Origin: Dehalococcoidia bacterium
GTDB taxonomy: Bacteria; Chloroflexota; Dehalococcoidia; UBA2979
Direction: 5' to 3'
NCBI GenBank assembly: GCA_965220125.1
Contig: CBDCPB010000004.1
Span: 1,580,775 to 1,644,774 of the forward strand
DNA: 64,000 nucleotides
The first letter of the stretch is position 1, and each line of letters starts with the position of its first letter. Positions 59,366 to 64,000 of the stretch are shown piece by piece. Position numbers and translations under genes: made by a program. The notes beneath the pieces were generated by a model. It did no database searches, was not told the DNA's origin, and saw only the letters and a program-made list of their open reading frames with translations.

Positions 59366-59764
59366 TCAGTCCTTGTTTCGAATATACAGCGCGGTGTCTC
59401 CCGTACGCAGTCGGCGGTGGATGAACGCTGTGAGCACGCTACCCTGTTCCCGGCCCGAACGTGGGTCCGACTCGTAGTCCACCACGACCTTGAGCCACTG
59501 ACCGGCTGGCGTGCGGGTCATGTGGTGCTTGCGACCAGCGTGATCGCGGTCTTGCAGCACCATCGCCGGCCGCTCGATCGCATCCGCCACGTCCTGCTCC
59601 CGGCGCGCCACGTCTGGATGATCGCGCGCGATCTTCGATGTCCAGTGCTCGTGACTACAACGGACCTCCACGCCCTCATAGTCGAGCACCTGGAATAGCA
59701 GGGCGCCTGGAAGTTCGTCGTCCACCACGGCTCGACGGTACAGGGAGTGACACCTCTCTGCCAT
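59366..59764 (-). CDS. BECR-fold nuclease/toxin-like hypothetical protein (start uncertain)
   Basis: W..KI..DHPD...I..P..V...WLKVVV...G.VLTAF; 3 nt upstream of the DUF2283-like gene. Confidence 0.6.
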   Translation of the reverse strand: MAERCHSLYRRAVVDDELPGALLFQVLDYEGVEVRCSHEHWTSKIARDHPDVARREQDVADAIERPAMVLQDRDHAGRKHHMTRTPAGQWLKVVVDYESDPRSGREQGSVLTAFIHRRLRTGDTALYIRNKD

Positions 59765-59859
59765 GCAAGGGTTGGCACCCGCTTACCGGTCGGAGCACGG
59801 TTCCTGTACCAGTCAGACGCCGTATCATTAGCTGTGTGACCGAGCGATTGGAGCATCCG

Positions 59860-60366
59860 ATGCTGATCTCCGAACGGATGGCGAAGGCGCTCAGCGAGCA
59901 ACTGATCAACGAGTACTGGGCCGCGATCCAGTACACGATGATCTCCTCCTACTTCAGCCGCGAGGCGCTCCCACAGCTCGCCGCGCTGTTCCGCGTCCAG
60001 GTCGCCGAGGAGCTGACGCACGCCCAGAAGATCGTCGACTACGTGACGGAGACGGGCGGCGTCGTCGCGGTCCCCGCCATCCCGCAGGGGCAGGCGGACT
60101 TCGACTCCATCGAGGCGGCAGTGGAGCTGGCGCGCGACGCCGAACTGCGCGTCGCCGGGGCCTTCGACGACCTCATGGACCTCGCCATCGAGGAGCGCGA
60201 CCACCTCGCGCGCGGCTTCCTCCAGTGGTTCGTCGACGAGCAGCTCGAGGAGGTCTCGACGATGGACGACCTGCTCAAGGTCATCCGCCGCGCCGGTGAC
60301 AACCTGCTCTACGTCGAGGACTACGTCTCGAACCGGCCACCGCCTGTGGTGCCGCCCCCCGCGTAA
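59860..60366 (+). CDS. Ferritin
   Basis: QLINEYWA...Y, EE..HA.K, FLQWFVDEQLEE ferroxidase motifs. Confidence 0.9.
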   Translation: MLISERMAKALSEQLINEYWAAIQYTMISSYFSREALPQLAALFRVQVAEELTHAQKIVDYVTETGGVVAVPAIPQGQADFDSIEAAVELARDAELRVAGAFDDLMDLAIEERDHLARGFLQWFVDEQLEEVSTMDDLLKVIRRAGDNLLYVEDYVSNRPPPVVPPPA

Positions 60367-60387
60367 GCGCCGCTCAGCCCGCCCGCC

Positions 60388-61317
60388 CTACAGGCCACCC
60401 GCCGCGAGGTCGTCCGCCCCGGGATGTCGCGCTCGCGCGAGGTACTCCTCGTGGAAGCGATCGACGAGGGCGGCACGCCCGGCGATGTCCAGGAACTTGT
60501 CGCGGAACGCCTCGGCGGTCTCGTGGCCGATGCGGCGCGACCAGGCCGCCATCACGCGGCTCGCCTGGATCGCGACGGCCGTGAGCGGCTGCACCTGCGC
60601 CGCCGTCCACTCCAGCCGCGGCTCGAGGTCGCCCGCGTGCTCGGGCCTGCCGCGCAGGTGGTGGGTGTGCAGCTCGTTCCAGAGGCCGTGGATCGCGTCC
60701 GCGCCGAGCTGGTGCATGCGGTGCGCGTCCGGCTCGCCGATCGCCGCCAACTGCTCGCCCAGCGAGGGCCAGCCGGACTCGTCCGCCTCCGGCTCGTCCG
60801 GGTCGAGGCCCGCGAGCTCGAATGAGCGCGCGAGGCGCTCGCGCATGCGTTGCTCCATCGGCAGCGCCTCGCCGTCGCGCAGGTCGCGGTTGCCGTCGAG
60901 GTGCCTCCAGACGGCGCGGTCGGCGCGCAGGCCGTCGCGCACGAACGCCTCGAAGCGATCGCCGCCGCCGCGCAGCAGGTAGGCCATCGCCGCGGTCGAG
61001 ACGAAGATCTCGCGGTCGAGCAGCAGTTGCAGCTCGGCTCGGCCCTCGTAGGTCTCCGCCGCCAGGCGGCGCGTCAGCTTCACGATGCGCACCGCGAGCG
61101 CGCAGAGGATCGCCTCGTCGCGCGCGGACGCCCGGGCGGGCGGCGCCCAGGCCTGGACCAGCAGCGAGGCCAGCTCGCCGAACTCCGTCACCAGGCTCGC
61201 GGCGCCCTCGAGGAACGGGCGCTCGTCCTGCGCCACCTCGAGAAGCTCGCGCTCGATCAGCGTCCAGGTCGGCCACTCATCGGGGCCGGGGAGGTTCGGT
61301 CTGCGCGGCTCGGACAC
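60388..61317 (-). CDS. Hypothetical protein (DUF5677-like, HEPN-related)
   Basis: Helical; R..F.S, 'DAIHGLWNEL..HHL'. Confidence 0.6.
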   Translation of the reverse strand: MSEPRRPNLPGPDEWPTWTLIERELLEVAQDERPFLEGAASLVTEFGELASLLVQAWAPPARASARDEAILCALAVRIVKLTRRLAAETYEGRAELQLLLDREIFVSTAAMAYLLRGGGDRFEAFVRDGLRADRAVWRHLDGNRDLRDGEALPMEQRMRERLARSFELAGLDPDEPEADESGWPSLGEQLAAIGEPDAHRMHQLGADAIHGLWNELHTHHLRGRPEHAGDLEPRLEWTAAQVQPLTAVAIQASRVMAAWSRRIGHETAEAFRDKFLDIAGRAALVDRFHEEYLARARHPGADDLAAGGL

Positions 61318-61331
61318 GGCGGCGGCCCGGC

Positions 61332-61586
61332 TCAGGCCAGCGTGGGGTGGCCGTGCTCGGCGATCTCGGCGTCGCGTTCGGTCTCGCGACGCGCCTCGCC
61401 GGAGCAGCCAATAGCGCTCAACTGGCGCTCGAAGCGCTCACGCTCGTGGCGGGCCAGCAACTGCTGCTGGCGGCTGTAGCGGCCCGCCGGGTCGATCACC
61501 GCCGCGTGGTAGCGGCGCCACTCGAGGTAGAGCGCGTCGCACTCCTCGCCGTGCTCGTGCGCCGTCTCGGCCGCCTCGGCGCTCAC
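61332..61586 (-). CDS. Small hypothetical protein (84 aa)
   Basis: GTGA overlap with rpiB; protein-like composition. Confidence 0.65.
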   Translation of the reverse strand: MSAEAAETAHEHGEECDALYLEWRRYHAAVIDPAGRYSRQQQLLARHERERFERQLSAIGCSGEARRETERDAEIAEHGHPTLA

Positions 61587-62032
61587 GAGGTGTCTCCTGC
61601 GGGCACGCCGTCGATCTGGCCGATGCGGCGCGCGTGGCGGCCGCCGTCGAAGGGCGCCTCGAGCCAGGTGCGCACGATCGCGAGGGCGGTCTCCTCGCTG
61701 ACCATGCGCTGGCCGATCGAGATCACGTTGGCGTCGTTGTGGCGGCGCGCCAGCTCCGCCGACTCCACGCTCCAGCACAGCGCGCAGCGCACGCCGGGGA
61801 TGCGGTTCGCCGTGATCGCCTCGCCGTTGCCGGAGCCGCCGAGGACGATGCCGCGCTCGCACTCGCCGCGCGCGACGGCCTCCGCGGCGGGGCGGATGAA
61901 GAGCGGGTAGTCGCTCGGCTCTTCCGAGTCCGCACCGAAGTCGACGACCTCGTGGCCCTCGCCCGCGAGGAAGGCGCTGATCGACTGCTTGTAGCGAAAT
62001 CCGGCGTGGTCGGAGGCGACCGCAATCCGCAT
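61583..62032 (-). CDS. rpiB: Ribose-5-phosphate isomerase B
   Basis: ASDHAG, DYP, GGSGNG, RHNDANV, FDGGRHARR. Confidence 0.95.
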   Translation of the reverse strand: MRIAVASDHAGFRYKQSISAFLAGEGHEVVDFGADSEEPSDYPLFIRPAAEAVARGECERGIVLGGSGNGEAITANRIPGVRCALCWSVESAELARRHNDANVISIGQRMVSEETALAIVRTWLEAPFDGGRHARRIGQIDGVPAGDTS

Positions 62033-62055
62033 CGACGGCTCCCCTTATCCCGATG

Positions 62056-63723
62056 TCACCGGCCCGCGGCGGCCGCGAGCAGCTGGCGGCCGACGACCTT
62101 GAGTTCGAGGATCGGCTTCACGCCCTCGAAGATCGGGAGCACGAGCGCGTCCGAGACGTAGCGAGAGATCGGATCCTCCTCGGAGTAGCCCCAGCCGCCG
62201 TGCAGCTGCTGCGCGGCCTGCGAGACGCTGACCGCGACATCGCAGGCGAGGAGCTTCGCCATCGGCGCGGGCAGGCCGCGCGAGTCGAAGTTGTGCGCCG
62301 CCGCGTAGGTGAGCTGCCGGGCGGCGGCGAGGCGGGCGACCATCTCGCCGATGCGGTACTGCGTGAGCTGGTACTCGCCGATCGGCTTGCCGAACTGCTC
62401 GCGCTGCGCGACGTACTGGCAGGCCTTCTCCAGCGAGGCCTGCGCCACGCCGCAGGCGCGCCCGCCGGTTTGCAGCCGCCCGACGGCGAAGCCACCCATC
62501 TGCAGCGCGAAGCCGCGGCCCATCCCCGCGTCCTCGCCCACGAGGTTGGCGTGCGGGACGAAGTAGTTGTCGATCGCGACGGTGAAGGAGTGCATGCCGC
62601 GGTAGCCCGGCGTCGGGTTGGCGGTCGCGCTCATCGAGCCGCCCTCGGGCTGGGTCTGCGTCCACTCATGGCCGTAGTGCGAATCCTTGGGGACGATCAG
62701 CACGGAGAGCCCGCGGCCGGCGGCCTCGGGGTTCGGGTTCGTCCGCACGAGCATCGAGATCACGTTCGCGCGGCCGGAGAAGGTGCTCCAGGCCTTCGCG
62801 CCGTTGATGCGCCAGCCGCGCACGCCGTCGACGTCGGTGGGGGTGGCGCGCACCTGGAGGTTGGCGTTGTCCGAACCCACGTCCGGCTCCGTCACGCCGA
62901 TCGCGACCAGCACCTCGCCGGAGGCGAGCTTCGGCAGCCACTCCTCCTTCTGCGCGTCGGTCCCTCCCGCCTGCAGCGCGTGGGCGAGGATCTCGGGCCG
63001 CGTGTGCAGCGAGCCAGCCGCGCCGAGCGAGGCGGCCGACAGCTCCTCGGTCATCACCACCATCGGCAGGTAGCCCATGCCGGTGCCGCCGTACTGCTCC
63101 GGGATCGAGGCGCCGAAGAAGCCGAGGGCGGAGAAGCGCTCGATCAGGCTGTCGGGGACGAGCAGGTCCTGGCGGTGGATGTCCTGCGCGATCGGGGCGA
63201 CCTCGTTGCGCGCGAAGTCGCGCGCGGTCTCGCGCGTGAGCATCGCCGCGTCGTCGCGCAGATCGAGGTTGTTGACGCCCAGCGCGGCGATCGCGCGCCG
63301 CCCCAGCTCGCGCACGCGCGACTGGTCGAGGCCCGCGCGCACCGCGGCGCGCAGCTCGGCGTCGTCGAGCGCGTCCGCGGCGTCGTCGATGCGGAAGTCG
63401 TCGCGCGACGCCTCGATCGCCGAGCGCAGCGCGTGCGTCGCCTCGGCGGCGTAGACGAGGGAGGCGTCCTCCTGCTGCTCGTCGCGGACGCCGGCCTCGC
63501 GCAGGCCCTCGCTGGAGGCGACGAGCGCGCGGGCGGCGCGCACCTGCGTCGCGAGGTAGGCGATGCGCTCGGTGTGCACCTGGTGATCGTCGATGAGCGC
63601 GCCGCCCTCGGTGACCTCGGCCGCGTGCGCGACCGCCGCGTCGATGGCGTCCCCCGCCGCGTCGACGAGCCTCCGCGCGACGGCGACGGCGTCGATCCCG
63701 GTGCTCACTCCGCTGCTGGTCAC
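62056..63723 (-). CDS. mcd: Acyl-CoA dehydrogenase, (2S)-methylsuccinyl-CoA dehydrogenase-like
   Basis: 555 aa with N-terminal extension; TEPDVGSD, GYRGM, REQFGKPI, IFEG; directly downstream of a mesaconyl-CoA hydratase-like gene. Confidence 0.75.
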   Translation of the reverse strand: MTSSGVSTGIDAVAVARRLVDAAGDAIDAAVAHAAEVTEGGALIDDHQVHTERIAYLATQVRAARALVASSEGLREAGVRDEQQEDASLVYAAEATHALRSAIEASRDDFRIDDAADALDDAELRAAVRAGLDQSRVRELGRRAIAALGVNNLDLRDDAAMLTRETARDFARNEVAPIAQDIHRQDLLVPDSLIERFSALGFFGASIPEQYGGTGMGYLPMVVMTEELSAASLGAAGSLHTRPEILAHALQAGGTDAQKEEWLPKLASGEVLVAIGVTEPDVGSDNANLQVRATPTDVDGVRGWRINGAKAWSTFSGRANVISMLVRTNPNPEAAGRGLSVLIVPKDSHYGHEWTQTQPEGGSMSATANPTPGYRGMHSFTVAIDNYFVPHANLVGEDAGMGRGFALQMGGFAVGRLQTGGRACGVAQASLEKACQYVAQREQFGKPIGEYQLTQYRIGEMVARLAAARQLTYAAAHNFDSRGLPAPMAKLLACDVAVSVSQAAQQLHGGWGYSEEDPISRYVSDALVLPIFEGVKPILELKVVGRQLLAAAAGR

Positions 63724-63781
63724 GTGCGTGCTCCGTTCGCTGTGAGGGGCGCGGCGGCCCCTCGGAGTTCCTGTCCCGCGA

Positions 63782-64000
63782 TCATCGCGCGCTGGGCATG
63801 AGCACGGTGTAGTCGAGGTCGAGGACCACGTTCGGGTGATAGCGCTCGCGCCCGTCCTCGGAGGTCTGCTTCAGGTCGACGTCCTCGCTGGCCGGGTCGG
63901 CGTTCTTGACGCCGACGAGGCGCAGCCGCAGCGCGCCGCAGTCCGAGCGGCCGAGGTCGATGCGTTCCAGCACGTCCGTCCAGGCGAAGACCGTATCGCC
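63782..64000 (-). CDS. mch: 3' end of a MaoC-type dehydratase (mesaconyl-CoA hydratase-like), partial
   Basis: GDTVFAWTDVLE...GALRLRLVGVKN...YHPNVVLDLDYTVLMP C-terminus. Confidence 0.75.
   Translation of the reverse strand, partial: GDTVFAWTDVLERIDLGRSDCGALRLRLVGVKNADPASEDVDLKQTSEDGRERYHPNVVLDLDYTVLMPSAR

Overview
High-GC bacterial chromosomal window. Gene content points by inference to Chloroflexota, class Dehalococcoidia (SAR202/Tepidiformales-like): several luciferase-like monooxygenases, CaiB CoA-transferases, a Chloroflexus-type malyl-CoA lyase and a PAC2-family gene. It holds about 60 CDS: housekeeping genes (argS, trpS, gatCA, rpiB, ferritin, class A PBP), a long LLM/CoA catabolic cluster (~15-34 kb) and ethylmalonyl-CoA-pathway-like genes (mcl, mcd, mch) at the right end. 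There are two complete IS elements (IS1202/ISNCY-like and IS21) and a three-unit tandem array of REP-like palindromes. No rRNA, tRNA or CRISPR array was found. The most notable observations are: (1) a small ORF whose apparent TGA stop follows Cys and is followed by a SECIS-like hairpin and an in-frame His-rich tail, a candidate new selenoprotein; (2) an argS-trpS interval built as two tandem cargo cassettes joined by an in-frame trpS-5'/argS-3' chimeric mini-ORF from diverged alleles, carrying toxin-antitoxin and nuclease genes; (3) a perfect CIRCE operator on a PAC2-family gene; (4) an IS inserted exactly at a start codon, which it regenerates; (5) an acyl-CoA ligase with ATP-citrate-lyase-like motifs next to mcl. 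Family names come from motif recognition only; no database searches were run.
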